Shown here piece by piece: positions 26,581 through 36,706 of a stretch of 64,000 bases of DNA. The position numbers and the translations under genes are program-made. Under the pieces are notes generated by a model. The model had not been told where the DNA came from and searched no databases. It saw nothing but the letters and a program-made list of their open reading frames with translations. This stretch comes from an uncultured Spirochaetia bacterium (GTDB lineage Bacteria > Oederibacteriota > PGYV01 > Palsa-1178). The stretch lies in the NCBI GenBank assembly GCA_964443355.1, contig CAYUDX010000014.1, forward strand, positions 17,992 through 81,991. Direction: 5' to 3'. How positions within the stretch are numbered: the stretch's first letter is position 1; every line of letters begins with the position of its first letter.

Positions 26581-26665
26581 TTCACCCTCGCTTTGTTTTA
26601 AATGCCACCGGCATTATAAAATATTATTGCCGCCTAATCAAGCCGAATAAAAATCCCCTCCGCAC

Positions 26666-26694
26666 TTGATTTTTGACGCGAATGCATATATCAT
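26666..26694 (+). promoter_or_regulatory. Sigma-70 promoter, probably giving a leaderless transcript
   Basis: TTGATT-N17-TATCAT ending 7 nt before the ATG at 26701; no SD sequence. Confidence 0.45.
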
Positions 26695-26700
26695 AATGGC

Positions 26701-27264
26701 ATGGAAAAACATATCATAAGAAAAATAATACGCGGAAAAAGGGATTCGATCCCTTCCGCCGAATTGAAGGAACTCTCTCGCAGGATATTGTCCAACTTCA
26801 GGAGGTCGTTTTATCCCGCGGTCTCCGGGGTCAAATGCGCAATGGCCTACACATCCACGCAAAGCGAGGCAAAGACCGCCGGCATAATAAACTTCCTTCT
26901 TTCGCGGGGAGTCAGGGTGTTTTTACCGTGTGTGCGCGGCGAAAATATAACCCCAAAAAGGTACAAAAAAGGATGCAGGATGGTAAAAGGGGCCTTCAAC
27001 ATAAAGGAACCCGCCGGAGACAACGGCTCCTGCAGGGCGGAAAGCATAGGGCTGGCCATAGTGCCCGGCGTGGCCTTTGACAGGAGCGGTAACAGGATAG
27101 GCTTCGGTAAAGGATTTTACGACAGGTTCTTAAAACAGCTGCCGAAAGGCGCAATAAAAGCCGGGATCTGCTTTGAAAAACAGCTTGTAAAAACCATACC
27201 AGAAGACAAGCACGACGTCAGGATGGATTACATAATAACCGAAAAAGAGGTCATAAGAACATGA
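26701..27264 (+). CDS. 5-formyltetrahydrofolate cyclo-ligase
   Basis: IVPGVAFDRSGNRIGFGKGFYDRFL and HDVRMDYIITE signatures. Confidence 0.95.
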   Translation: MEKHIIRKIIRGKRDSIPSAELKELSRRILSNFRRSFYPAVSGVKCAMAYTSTQSEAKTAGIINFLLSRGVRVFLPCVRGENITPKRYKKGCRMVKGAFNIKEPAGDNGSCRAESIGLAIVPGVAFDRSGNRIGFGKGFYDRFLKQLPKGAIKAGICFEKQLVKTIPEDKHDVRMDYIITEKEVIRT

Positions 27265-27821
27265 AGGCGAGGACGCTCTCGTCGGAGAGGGTTTATAAAG
27301 GCAAAATTTTCGAATTAAAAAGAGAGCGGATAATCCTTGACGGGGCGGAATTTACCAGGGATATAATGGTCCATCCGGGCTCGGCCGTCATGGTCCCGGT
27401 TCTGGACGCAAAAAAAGGGATCATCATCATGATACGGCAATACCGCCACGCAACGGGCGGGATGCTCGTGGAATTCCCAGCGGGTACAAAGGACGTGGGC
27501 GAATCATACAGGCAATGCGCAAAACGCGAGCTCACAGAGGAGACCGGATATTCGGCAGGCAGGGTTGCGCAGGCGCTGAAGTTTTTCCTTGCACCCGGCA
27601 CGACGACCGAATCCATGGCCCTTTTTATCTGCTCAAAACTTTCCATGGGCCGGCAAAAACCGGAAGAGGACGAAAAGATCGGTGTTTTTAAAACAACGTT
27701 AAAAAAAGCGGTTGCAATGGTTTGTTCCGGTGCGATAAAGGACGCCAAAACCATCGCCGGTGTTATGTTCCTGGAGCACGTGTATTCCGATAAAAAATTA
27801 TATAAAAAATATCTCGCCTGA
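27261..27821 (+). CDS. NUDIX hydrolase (ADP-ribose pyrophosphatase-like)
   Basis: RQYRHA..EFPAG..CAKRELTEETGY Nudix box; DAKT. Confidence 0.93.
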   Translation: MKARTLSSERVYKGKIFELKRERIILDGAEFTRDIMVHPGSAVMVPVLDAKKGIIIMIRQYRHATGGMLVEFPAGTKDVGESYRQCAKRELTEETGYSAGRVAQALKFFLAPGTTTESMALFICSKLSMGRQKPEEDEKIGVFKTTLKKAVAMVCSGAIKDAKTIAGVMFLEHVYSDKKLYKKYLA

Positions 27822-28535
27822 GAGCAGACGCTGTTTTCCCGAAGAGTCTTTAACCTTTAAGCTCCCGTTGTTCATGGTCTTTACGACCCGGAAGGCATTC
27901 TTTTTGCCGCCCTTATTTACCATAATCTGCTTTCCTTCTATGGCTCCCTGGAATTTTATCCACGAGGCTATCAACTTCTTTTTTTTCCCGGGCAGAGCAT
28001 TTATATACGAATCGATCCTTTTTATTACGGATATAAAAAGCCCTTCGATATCGTGTTTTTTTCCCAGCAGTTCCTTTAAGCTCACCGCATTTACCCCGGC
28101 GCCAGCGGGAACCCTGTTGTTGACATTAATGCCTATCCCCGTGACAAGCTTTGAGTTGTACGGGTCGTTCTCTATCAGCATTCCGCATATTTTTTTCCCG
28201 CCCGCAAGGATGTCGTTTGGCCACTTTATCACTGGGTTTATGCCCAGCTCCAGGAGCGCTTCACAGACCGCAACAGAAGAAAGTATGACGAATATATACG
28301 GGTCTTTTATCTTACCGTTGATCACGTAGGAAAACCATAACCCGCCGGGGGCCGAATCCCACGCGGCGCCGTGTTTTCCCCTTCCGTGCGTCTGCGTGCC
28401 GGATACGGCTATGGTGCCCGAGGAAAAATCATTTTCCTTGAGATACTGGTTGGTGGAGTTTATCGAACCGAAGGATACGGCCGAGCGCAATATCCTGTTT
28501 TTTTTGAGGACGGCCTTTACACGGGAAAGGTTCAT
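27798..28535 (-). CDS. birA: Biotin--[acetyl-CoA carboxylase] ligase without an N-terminal HTH
   Basis: INSTN, QTHGRGK..W, IKWPNDILAGGKKICGML, GIGINV. Confidence 0.93.
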   Translation of the reverse strand: MNLSRVKAVLKKNRILRSAVSFGSINSTNQYLKENDFSSGTIAVSGTQTHGRGKHGAAWDSAPGGLWFSYVINGKIKDPYIFVILSSVAVCEALLELGINPVIKWPNDILAGGKKICGMLIENDPYNSKLVTGIGINVNNRVPAGAGVNAVSLKELLGKKHDIEGLFISVIKRIDSYINALPGKKKKLIASWIKFQGAIEGKQIMVNKGGKKNAFRVVKTMNNGSLKVKDSSGKQRLLSGEIFFI

Positions 28536-29386
28536 TTTGAAAGCTGTAAACTTATGTCCAGGGCCTGCGGCGAGTGCGTTATCGAGCCTATGGAAATATA
28601 ATCGACGCGGCGCCTGGCTATCTCACCGACATTGTGCATGTTCACTCCGCCGGAAACCTCGACTTTGGCCCTGCATCCGTGCTTTTTCATCATCGCCAGC
28701 GCCTTGTCCATCATCTCAAAATCCATGTTGTCCAGCATTATTATGTCCGGTTCGGCTTTCATCGCCGGCTCCAGCATCTCAAGGTTGTCCACCTCGACCT
28801 CGATCTTCATGCCGCGCGGGATATAACGCCTGCAGTCCATCACGGCTTTCTGCAGGTCGATAAAATCAAGGTGATTGTCCTTTATGAGCACCATGTCGTA
28901 AAGCCCCATCCTGTGGTTGGACGCGCCGCCGGTCTTGACGGCGTATTTTTCAAGGAGGCGCAGAGTGGGAGTGGTCTTGCGTGTGTCAAGTATGGTCACC
29001 CCGTAAGGCCTGGCGATCGACTGGAATTTATCCGCGGAAGTGGCTATCCCCGACAGAAGCTGAAGAAGGTTCAACGCAAGCCTTTCGCCCATCAATATCG
29101 CCTTTGCCTTGCCTTTTATTGTGGCGATTATCTCCTCTTTTTTTACCTTATCCCCGTCTTTTTTCCTGACGGATATTTTAACTGACGGGTCCAGCTTTAA
29201 GAATACCTTTTTCATGAGCGGGACGCCGCAGACAACGCCGTCATCCTTGGCCCTGAAAACGCCCTTAAGCACCGCGGTCCCGGGTATGATTATATCAGTT
29301 GTCACATCACCCGGCCCTATGTCTTCCTTGAGCCCCTGGTCTATTATCCTGTCTATGTATTTTTCGTTCTTTTTAAGCCAGTCCAT
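28532..29386 (-). CDS. nadC: Nicotinate-nucleotide diphosphorylase (carboxylating)
   Basis: EDIGPGDVTT, GERLALN, LDTRKTTP, HRMGLYD, LIKDNH, IMLDNM, SGG. Confidence 0.97.
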   Translation of the reverse strand: MDWLKKNEKYIDRIIDQGLKEDIGPGDVTTDIIIPGTAVLKGVFRAKDDGVVCGVPLMKKVFLKLDPSVKISVRKKDGDKVKKEEIIATIKGKAKAILMGERLALNLLQLLSGIATSADKFQSIARPYGVTILDTRKTTPTLRLLEKYAVKTGGASNHRMGLYDMVLIKDNHLDFIDLQKAVMDCRRYIPRGMKIEVEVDNLEMLEPAMKAEPDIIMLDNMDFEMMDKALAMMKKHGCRAKVEVSGGVNMHNVGEIARRRVDYISIGSITHSPQALDISLQLSK

Positions 29387-29398
29387 CGTTTACCTTCC

Positions 29399-32053
29399 TT
29401 ATTTTTTCAGGTCGCTGATGAATTCCTGAAGCGCCTTTTTTTCCGATTCATAAACCGCCAGCTTCGCCTTTTCCTCTTCAACCGCTTTTTTCATGGCGTT
29501 ATTGACGAAATTCGGGTTGTTTAGCTTGTTCGACGCCGAAACAACGGCTTTTTCCACATCAAGCAGGCGTTTTTCCCTGCTTGCTATGACCTTTGCCCTG
29601 TCTGTTATGGCGTTCCTGTCTATCCCGGCGCTTCCTATGACCGCGGCCCCTGCCGAAACCACTGGCCTAATTATGAATGAAGCGCCCGCCTCTTCCAGGA
29701 TGTTATTTACCTTGCCCAGGGTCTTTATTATATCTGCGTATTCTTTTATAACCCGGCCGTTGCTTTCGAGCTTCAGGAAAACGTCCACTTTTACCGCCGG
29801 CGAAAAATCAAGCTCGCCCCTTAAGTTCCGGACCGTATAAATTACTTTCATAAGGTCGTCCATGTCGGCCAGCCCTTTTTTGTCGAAATTAAATTCCGCC
29901 CGGGCCGCGGGCCATGTCTCAAGCATTATGGACCCCTTTTTCGCGGCGTCCGGTATGTTGGAATATATCTCCTCAGTGATAAAAGGTATGAACGGGTGCA
30001 TGACGACAAGGCTGTCCTTTAAAACCTTAAAAAGTACGTTTTTTACGGTATTTGCGTATTCTGCGTTGTCCGGTTTCGCCAGTTCTATCTTGGATATCTC
30101 GATATACCAGTCGCAGAAGGTGTGCCAGAAAAATTCATAGATATAAAGCGCGGTCTCCGAGAACCTGTATTTTTCGAGTCCGTCTTCTATGGACCTGATA
30201 AAGTCGTTGAGCGCGGAAAGCATCCATTTCTCCGGGAGTTTCAGGGATGCCGCCTTTGCCCCAAGGTCGACGGGCGAAAACCCCTCGATGTTCGACATGG
30301 TGAATTTGGATGCGTTGAATATCTTGTTCATAAAAGCGGCGTACCCTTTCGCGCGCTCCTCGGAGAAGGCTATGTGCCTGGACTGCGTCTCAAGCGAGGC
30401 CATGGTAAAACGCAGCGCGTCGGCGGAATACAATTTCATGAGCTCGAGCGGGTCGACCACGTTGCCGCGGGACTTGCTCATCTTTTTGCCCTCGGAATCG
30501 GTGACGAGCGAATTTATAACCACATGCGAAAACGGCACGCGGCCCATGAATTTGAGCCCCATCATTATCATCCTTGCAACCCAGAAAAAGAGTATGTCCC
30601 AGCTGGTGACAAGCACCGTGGTCGGATAAAACACCTCCAGGTCCTTTGTCTTTTCCGGCCAGCCAAGGGTCGAGAATGGCCAGAGCCCGGAGGAAAACCA
30701 GGTGTCAAGCACGTCGTTGTCCTGGTGTATCTTTGTTCCGCCGCATTTCTCGCATTTTACCGGCGTTTCTTTTGAAACTGTTATGTGTTTGCAGTCGTCG
30801 CAGTACCACGCCGGGATCCTGTGGCCCCACCACAACTGCCTTGATATGCACCAGTCCCTTATATTGTGCATCCACTCGAAGTAAACCTTCTTCCACATGT
30901 CGGGGACGAATTTTATCTCGTCCTTTTCCACGGCCTCGATGGCTTTTTCCGCCAGGGGCTTTATTTTGACGTACCACTGGGTCGAAACAAAAGGTTCGAC
31001 CACGGTGTCGCACCTGTAGCAGTGGCCGACGGCGTGCTTGTGGTCCTCTATTTTTACCAGGTAGCCCTGCTCTTTCAGTGTCTCTACTATTTTCTTCCTG
31101 GCCTCGAACCTGTCCATGCCGCTGTATTTGCCGTTCTCCCCGGCCCTGTCGTTCATTTTCCCGTTTTCCGTCATGACGTTGATGATGGGCAGTTTGTGCC
31201 TTATCCCCACCTCAAAGTCGTTGGGGTCGTGCGCCGGTGTTATTTTTACGGCGCCCGTGCCGAATTCCCTGTCGACGTATGAATCCTTAATGACAGGGAT
31301 GCGCCTTCCGGTCTCGGGAAGGATGAGCATCGTGCCTTCCTTGATGTCCTTATACCTCGGGTCGTCCGGGTTTACAGCCACAGCCGTGTCGCCCAGCATG
31401 GTCTCGGGCCTTGTCGTGGCGACTTCAATGAAACCGGAGCCGTCCGCGTAAGGGTATTTTATGTGGTAAAAATGTCCCGCTATTTCCTTGTGCTGGACCT
31501 CGATGTCGGATATGGCCGTCAGGCACCTGGGGCACCAGTTGACTATGTAATCGCCCCTGTAAATCAGGCCGTCCTTATAAAGCCTGACGAATACTTCCTT
31601 TACGGCCTCGGATAGCCCCTCGTCCATGGTAAAACGCTCGCGGCTCCAGTCGCATGACGAGCCCAGTTTGCGCAGCTGCATCATTATTGTTTTGCCGTAT
31701 TTGTCCTTCCAGGACCATACGCGCTTTAAAAATTCCTCGCGCCCTATGTCGTTCTTTTTCAGCCCCTCTTTTTTCAGCTCGCGCTCCACAACGTTCTGCG
31801 TGGCTATCCCGGCGTGGTCGCAGCCCGGCACCCAGAGCACGTTGAAACCTTTCGCCCTTTTGTAGCGCGCAAGTATGTCCTGAAGGGTGTTATTAAGGGC
31901 GTGTCCCATGTGCAGTGAACCCGTGACGTTGGGCGGCGGGATGACTATGGAAAAAGGGGGCTTTGTGGAATTGTTGTCGGCCTTAAAATAGCCGTTGCTC
32001 ATCCAGAATTCGTACCACTTATCCTCAATTTCAGAGGGTATGTATTTATCCAA
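29399..32053 (-). CDS. valS: Valyl-tRNA synthetase (probable TTG start at 32053; ORF track start 32086)
   Basis: PPPNVTGSLHMGH (HIGH), WCISRQLWWGHRIP, KMSKS; GGAGG 7 nt before the TTG. Confidence 0.97.
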   Translation of the reverse strand: MDKYIPSEIEDKWYEFWMSNGYFKADNNSTKPPFSIVIPPPNVTGSLHMGHALNNTLQDILARYKRAKGFNVLWVPGCDHAGIATQNVVERELKKEGLKKNDIGREEFLKRVWSWKDKYGKTIMMQLRKLGSSCDWSRERFTMDEGLSEAVKEVFVRLYKDGLIYRGDYIVNWCPRCLTAISDIEVQHKEIAGHFYHIKYPYADGSGFIEVATTRPETMLGDTAVAVNPDDPRYKDIKEGTMLILPETGRRIPVIKDSYVDREFGTGAVKITPAHDPNDFEVGIRHKLPIINVMTENGKMNDRAGENGKYSGMDRFEARKKIVETLKEQGYLVKIEDHKHAVGHCYRCDTVVEPFVSTQWYVKIKPLAEKAIEAVEKDEIKFVPDMWKKVYFEWMHNIRDWCISRQLWWGHRIPAWYCDDCKHITVSKETPVKCEKCGGTKIHQDNDVLDTWFSSGLWPFSTLGWPEKTKDLEVFYPTTVLVTSWDILFFWVARMIMMGLKFMGRVPFSHVVINSLVTDSEGKKMSKSRGNVVDPLELMKLYSADALRFTMASLETQSRHIAFSEERAKGYAAFMNKIFNASKFTMSNIEGFSPVDLGAKAASLKLPEKWMLSALNDFIRSIEDGLEKYRFSETALYIYEFFWHTFCDWYIEISKIELAKPDNAEYANTVKNVLFKVLKDSLVVMHPFIPFITEEIYSNIPDAAKKGSIMLETWPAARAEFNFDKKGLADMDDLMKVIYTVRNLRGELDFSPAVKVDVFLKLESNGRVIKEYADIIKTLGKVNNILEEAGASFIIRPVVSAGAAVIGSAGIDRNAITDRAKVIASREKRLLDVEKAVVSASNKLNNPNFVNNAMKKAVEEEKAKLAVYESEKKALQEFISDLKK

Positions 32054-32123
32054 TTTATTGCCTCCGGTTATGGTTGAAATATCCATTCAAAAAGCGGAAG
32101 GAACCGTCTGTATATTGTCATAC

Positions 32124-32152
32124 AATTTATCATTTTTACCGGGGTTTGTCAA
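32124..32152 (-). promoter_or_regulatory. Sigma-70 promoter of valS with extended -10
   Basis: TTGACA-N17-TAAATT with TGn. Confidence 0.7.
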
Positions 32153-32194
32153 AAATTATCGTATCCTTGCTTGTTGGTCATAAATTTTAACTTT

Positions 32195-34297
32195 TTACTT
32201 TATTACCAGCTTTCCGTTTTCCGCGGTTATCCGGCCGAATACAACCTTTATGGGGGAATTTGACTTGTTGAGCAGCGGGTTGTAATCTTTGAGCGCGAAG
32301 TTAACGAGCCCGGCTGGCAGGCCAAGCCATCCGGCCTTAAGCCTTACGACCTTAAAGACAATGTCGGATCCGGCCGTTCCCGGGTTCGGGTTGCTCAATG
32401 TGAATGCCGCGTCCACGCCCATCTTTGAATAACTCCCCTTTATCTCTATAATTCCCCTGTCGATCGAGACCGAAGTTATGCTGAATTTTCCGGCGTAAAT
32501 TTTGAGCAGGTCGGCCAGATCGCCCTCACTGACGGTAAGCGAATCAATATGTATGGTCCCTATGGAAAGTATCTTCAACCCCTGCTGGCCTTCCGGATAC
32601 GGGGCGGTCCTTAACCCGTCTATGGATATTGCGGCGTCGCGCACAATAAGCCCGGCATTCTTATGCTTGAAATCCCCCACGACCCCTTTTTTGAAAGATA
32701 TCCTGAGCTCCTCGCCGGAGCCTTTCATATCCGCCTTGAAAGAAAATTTTTCCATGCCGCGCACGTAAAGAGGCAGCTCCGACATAATGCCGGAATTTGC
32801 CCCTTCGGTATCGTTTTTCCCGCCGGTTGCCGCGGGGTCTTTTCTTTTAAAAAGCATGCCCTTTGAGCCGTCCGGAAGCGGCGCCTCGTATACCATGGAA
32901 TAAAGCCTGCTTACCTCGCTTTTCGGGTCAAGTGCATCTTTTAATATTTCCCTTCGTTTTTCTCCGCCGGAAAACTCGGGCCCCAGGTCGCCGGTCTTGG
33001 CCAGAAAATAATCCGTGAACATGGGAAAATTGAAAATACCGGTCACCCTTACCCCGGGATAAAAATTCCTGGCCGTCTCGGCATAGGCGGAATTATTCAT
33101 GTACATAAAATCCGGGACAATGGCAAGGGTGGAGCCCGGGGATACCCTGGACATAAAATCCTCGACGTGCCATGAAGCTTTTGACGGCCTGGAACTTCCC
33201 GGCCACGGGAACGGCAGGTCGTTGACGGAGAATGTAAATGAAAGCAGGGCGAATACGGCGGCAAGCGCCGCCAGCGCAACGGCCGGCTTTTTGCCCCTCA
33301 AAAATCCAGCGGCGTAAACCGATATGACCGAAAAAACCGGCAAAAGCGGCATAAGGTACCTGTCTTTTTTATTGGGTATAAGTATCAGCAATATTAATCC
33401 CGCAAAGGCGGTCGCGGCCAGCTTTCTTCCCTCTTTTGAGAACAATGCGGATGCCGCGCCGGCCAGAAGCAGCGCCAGAAGCGGCCAGGAAATTATGCCG
33501 GGCATCAGGCCAAAATACATGGCGAATGAATCGGCGGAAAAAACAGCCGGCAGCCCTTCCACGGACCTCCTGTGCACCACATTTTTTATGAGATTCATGA
33601 TTATCGGCACGCTGTTGCAGGCATACCACGGCGCGGCGGTAATCAGGAAAACCACGGCGGCCGGCATGAGCCCCGCCCTTCTCCGGCTTTTTTTGTCAGG
33701 GCCGAAAAACTCGAGGGCCGCGGGCATCAGCATGTAGACAAAAAACGTCCATTTGACAAGCATTCCAAGGCCGCAGGCGAATCCGAAAAGCGCGGAAAAT
33801 TTTATGTCGGTGAATGAAGCTGTTTTTTCCAGCAGATAAAGCGAAGCTATGAAGAAAAAAGTCAGGGGCAAATCGAACATAAAAAAATGGCTTTCCCTTA
33901 TGACAAGCGGATACGCGGCAAATACGGCGCATGCGGCCATTGCCTGAAGGACCCCTGTCCTGCCGCGGGCGTACAGAAAAATGAAGATCACGCAGCCGCA
34001 CAGAAAAAGGGCCATGATGGCCGTGAAGTTGTCCTGTGAAGGGTTTGCCAATCCGAAAAAAGATGCCAGAAAAGGGACGAGCGGCGGATAGTATGATTCC
34101 TGCGACAAAAAAGAGCCAAATATTGAAAGCGGATTTTTCTGGATGGTTTCCTTAAACCCGCTGGACGCCCCGAGATGTATGGATTCGTCCCATCTCTGCG
34201 GGGTATTGTCCGTTGCAAGCCAGTTTAATTGGGAGAAACCGAGGTAAAGGCACAACAGGATGATGAAAGCGGCGCTTATTCTTCCGGTGCGCATCAT
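32195..34297 (-). CDS. ArnT/PMT-like (GT-C) polytopic glycosyltransferase with a C-terminal soluble extension
   Basis: WDESIH and YYPPL motifs, FDLPLTFF, GLGMLVKWT, KKDRYLMPLLP; many TM helices; C-terminal beta-rich DUF2993/LmeA-like region (tentative). Confidence 0.75.
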   Translation of the reverse strand: MMRTGRISAAFIILLCLYLGFSQLNWLATDNTPQRWDESIHLGASSGFKETIQKNPLSIFGSFLSQESYYPPLVPFLASFFGLANPSQDNFTAIMALFLCGCVIFIFLYARGRTGVLQAMAACAVFAAYPLVIRESHFFMFDLPLTFFFIASLYLLEKTASFTDIKFSALFGFACGLGMLVKWTFFVYMLMPAALEFFGPDKKSRRRAGLMPAAVVFLITAAPWYACNSVPIIMNLIKNVVHRRSVEGLPAVFSADSFAMYFGLMPGIISWPLLALLLAGAASALFSKEGRKLAATAFAGLILLILIPNKKDRYLMPLLPVFSVISVYAAGFLRGKKPAVALAALAAVFALLSFTFSVNDLPFPWPGSSRPSKASWHVEDFMSRVSPGSTLAIVPDFMYMNNSAYAETARNFYPGVRVTGIFNFPMFTDYFLAKTGDLGPEFSGGEKRREILKDALDPKSEVSRLYSMVYEAPLPDGSKGMLFKRKDPAATGGKNDTEGANSGIMSELPLYVRGMEKFSFKADMKGSGEELRISFKKGVVGDFKHKNAGLIVRDAAISIDGLRTAPYPEGQQGLKILSIGTIHIDSLTVSEGDLADLLKIYAGKFSITSVSIDRGIIEIKGSYSKMGVDAAFTLSNPNPGTAGSDIVFKVVRLKAGWLGLPAGLVNFALKDYNPLLNKSNSPIKVVFGRITAENGKLVIK

Positions 34298-34914
34298 AAC
34301 TTTACTGACGAAAGGTCCATATCCGGCCTGAATACTTCCCCGAGGCTGATGTTCCCGGCCATATCCTGCTTTTCCGCCCCGTCAATAAGGAACCTGACTC
34401 CCTTTACCCACTGAAAATTGTAAAATATCGTGTCCACGATGGAATATACGGCCAGGTTTTCGGAAGTGATGCCTGGCTTGCAGTTCTTTGAAAATTCCCG
34501 GGAAAGGTCCAGGTAAAGTATGCCGTCCTTGTCCTGGTAAACTTCCCTGAGCCTGGTCTGGTCCGGCAATACCTTTATATAAGCTCCGGCCGCCGGAATT
34601 TCCGCGAACATCTTCAGCAGCACCTGTTTGACCCGGTTTATCGGCTCGGCAGACTCGTATATGACATCCTGGGCGGCCTTGAGGCCGTCGGATTCCGCGT
34701 CGCCGAAAAATATGACGACTTTTATCTTTCTTTCGGTTTTTGTGAACAGCTTATACTCGGAAGGATTAACAACAGGGGTCTTCGGCCCGGATGAAAAAAT
34801 GCCGAACCGCGCGGCGGCGTAATACAGCCCGGCAACGGCCACGGCCGCCAGCAGAGCGTATAAATATTGTTTTCTTACTATGGGTTTATTTCCTGTATGT
34901 TCCTTTTTTTCCAT
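34294..34914 (-). CDS. GerMN-domain membrane-anchored protein
   Basis: N-terminal TM; LPDQTRLREVY..GILYLDLSREF..ENLAVYSIVDTI..VKGVRFLIDG. Confidence 0.85.
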   Translation of the reverse strand: MEKKEHTGNKPIVRKQYLYALLAAVAVAGLYYAAARFGIFSSGPKTPVVNPSEYKLFTKTERKIKVVIFFGDAESDGLKAAQDVIYESAEPINRVKQVLLKMFAEIPAAGAYIKVLPDQTRLREVYQDKDGILYLDLSREFSKNCKPGITSENLAVYSIVDTIFYNFQWVKGVRFLIDGAEKQDMAGNISLGEVFRPDMDLSSVKL

Positions 34915-34939
34915 TTATCCTCGAGCCTTTCCGCTTTTT

Positions 34940-35701
34940 TTACTGCTGTTGAGCCGATTTGCTTTTTAAAAAATTAACTATCGCTTCCTCAATATGGTAG
35001 GCTATTTTCCCCAGCATTTTGTCGTCCCTTAAATACCCCGCGTCCACGGCGTTGTTCAGGTTCCCCAGCTCGACGACCACGGCGGCCATATTCACCCCGT
35101 AGAGGCTCAGCAAAGCGGCCTGCGATACCCCGCGGGAAGCCAGGGGAAGGGTGTCGTTGGCTTCCTGGCCCGATGCAGGCTGTGCGATAAGCGGTGAAAG
35201 CATGTACTGGTTTATCAGTGCGGCCAGCCTGGCCGAATCATTAAGATGGTAAAGCTGGACTTTTTCCCATTCCGCCGACGAAACCTGCCCTGACAGGGGC
35301 TCGCCGGTGAAATAATATACCTTGAATCCCTCGGTCTTTTCCGAAGGGACCCAGTCGCAGTGCAGGGAAATGAATACCATCCCGTTCCTTGAATTTGCGG
35401 ATCCCGCCCTGTCTTCCGGTTTCATGTTATTGTCAGTTTCGCGCGTCAAAAATACGGCGATATCACCGGATGCGCTTTCAAGTTTTTGCTTGAGTATCCT
35501 GGCAGCCTTGAGGGTTATGTCCTTTTCAAGGATGCCGTGTCCGGACGCGCCCCAGTCGCCGCCGCCGTGCGCCGGGTCTATTATTACGGTCATTTTTGCG
35601 GAGGAAGCAAGGTCCACTTCCGGAGGCACGGTGTTTATTGCCGAAAACGCAAATGAGGCCGCAAAAAACAGCGCCAGCGCCAAGGCGATGCGCTTACACA
35701 T
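34940..35701 (-). CDS. N-acetylmuramoyl-L-alanine amidase (Amidase_3; start corrected to 35701)
   Basis: IIDPAHGGGDWGA, EKDITL, FISLHCD and AVVVELGNL zinc-ligand motifs; signal peptide. Confidence 0.9.
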   Translation of the reverse strand: MCKRIALALALFFAASFAFSAINTVPPEVDLASSAKMTVIIDPAHGGGDWGASGHGILEKDITLKAARILKQKLESASGDIAVFLTRETDNNMKPEDRAGSANSRNGMVFISLHCDWVPSEKTEGFKVYYFTGEPLSGQVSSAEWEKVQLYHLNDSARLAALINQYMLSPLIAQPASGQEANDTLPLASRGVSQAALLSLYGVNMAAVVVELGNLNNAVDAGYLRDDKMLGKIAYHIEEAIVNFLKSKSAQQQ

Positions 35702-36680
35702 TTGAGGGCTCCGTAACAACGGTGAATACGCCCATCGACCTGAATTTTTCATACCGTTTTTCCAGGAGTTCCCCGAGCGGAAGCTTCATGAGCGAATCCA
35801 GGCGCGTCGATATCGCGGCCTTAAGGTTCGCCGCGGCTGTTTCAGGGTCCATGTGCGCGCCCTCGAGGGGTTCCTCTATTATCTCATCGATCACTTTCAG
35901 CTCAAAAAGGTCCTTTGCCGTGGGTTTCAGCACTTTTGCGGCCTCGGACGCCTTGGTCGGGTCAGACCATAATATCGACGCACAGCCCTCGAAGGAGATC
36001 ACGCTGTAGGTGGCGTACTTGAACATCAGGACCGCGTCGCCGACGCCTATGCCCAGAGCGCCGCCGCTGCCCCCCTCGCCTATCACATTGACAATTATCG
36101 GGACCTTCAAGTGGGACATTTCCAGCAGGTTCCTGGCGATGGCCTCGGCCACTCCGCGTTCCTCACCCTCAAGCCCGGGAAAAGCTCCGTTGGTGTCGAT
36201 GAACGTGATGACCGGCATATGGAATTTTTCCGCGTATTTCATGAGCCTCAGCGCCTTCCTGTAGCCTTCCGGCAGTCCGCAGCCGAAATTCCTCAGAATA
36301 TTCTCTTTCGTATCCTTGCCCTTCTGAATGCCCACGAGCATCACCGGGACTCCGTCAAGCTTTGCCGTGCCGCCCACAACGGCCTTATCGTCGCCGAACG
36401 AGCGGTCCCCGTGCATTTCCATGAAATCGGTAAATATCATCCTGATATAATCCAGCGTCTTCGGCCTTTTCTGGTGCCTCATGATCTGGACTATCTGCCA
36501 GGGGTTCAGGTTCCTGTATATTTCCGCGCGCAGGGACGCAACCTTATCCTCCAGCGCCTTTACCTCGGCGTCGACGTTGAAATTTTTTTCCCTGGCGGAG
36601 TGCTTCAACTCCTCGATCTTTTTCTTGAGTTCATAGATGGGTTTTTCAAACTCAAGTATCTGATAATGTTCGTCGGCCAT
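35694..36680 (-). CDS. accA: Acetyl-CoA carboxylase carboxyltransferase alpha subunit
   Basis: LEFEKPI, RHQKRP, HGDRSFGDD, PEGYRKALR, IGEGGSGGALGIG. Confidence 0.97.
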   Translation of the reverse strand: MADEHYQILEFEKPIYELKKKIEELKHSAREKNFNVDAEVKALEDKVASLRAEIYRNLNPWQIVQIMRHQKRPKTLDYIRMIFTDFMEMHGDRSFGDDKAVVGGTAKLDGVPVMLVGIQKGKDTKENILRNFGCGLPEGYRKALRLMKYAEKFHMPVITFIDTNGAFPGLEGEERGVAEAIARNLLEMSHLKVPIIVNVIGEGGSGGALGIGVGDAVLMFKYATYSVISFEGCASILWSDPTKASEAAKVLKPTAKDLFELKVIDEIIEEPLEGAHMDPETAAANLKAAISTRLDSLMKLPLGELLEKRYEKFRSMGVFTVVTEPSNV

Positions 36681-36706
36681 TTTCGCTCCTTATCATCCTT
36701 TAATTT

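Noticed and set aside
26581-26700. 6S RNA upstream of the 5-formyl-THF cyclo-ligase gene
   Set aside because: The gap is only 120 nt, is taken up by divergent promoter-like sequence, and has no long self-complementary rod.
32054-32194. T-box riboswitch upstream of valS
   Set aside because: The promoter is about 70 nt from the start, and there is no T-box motif or room for a leader.
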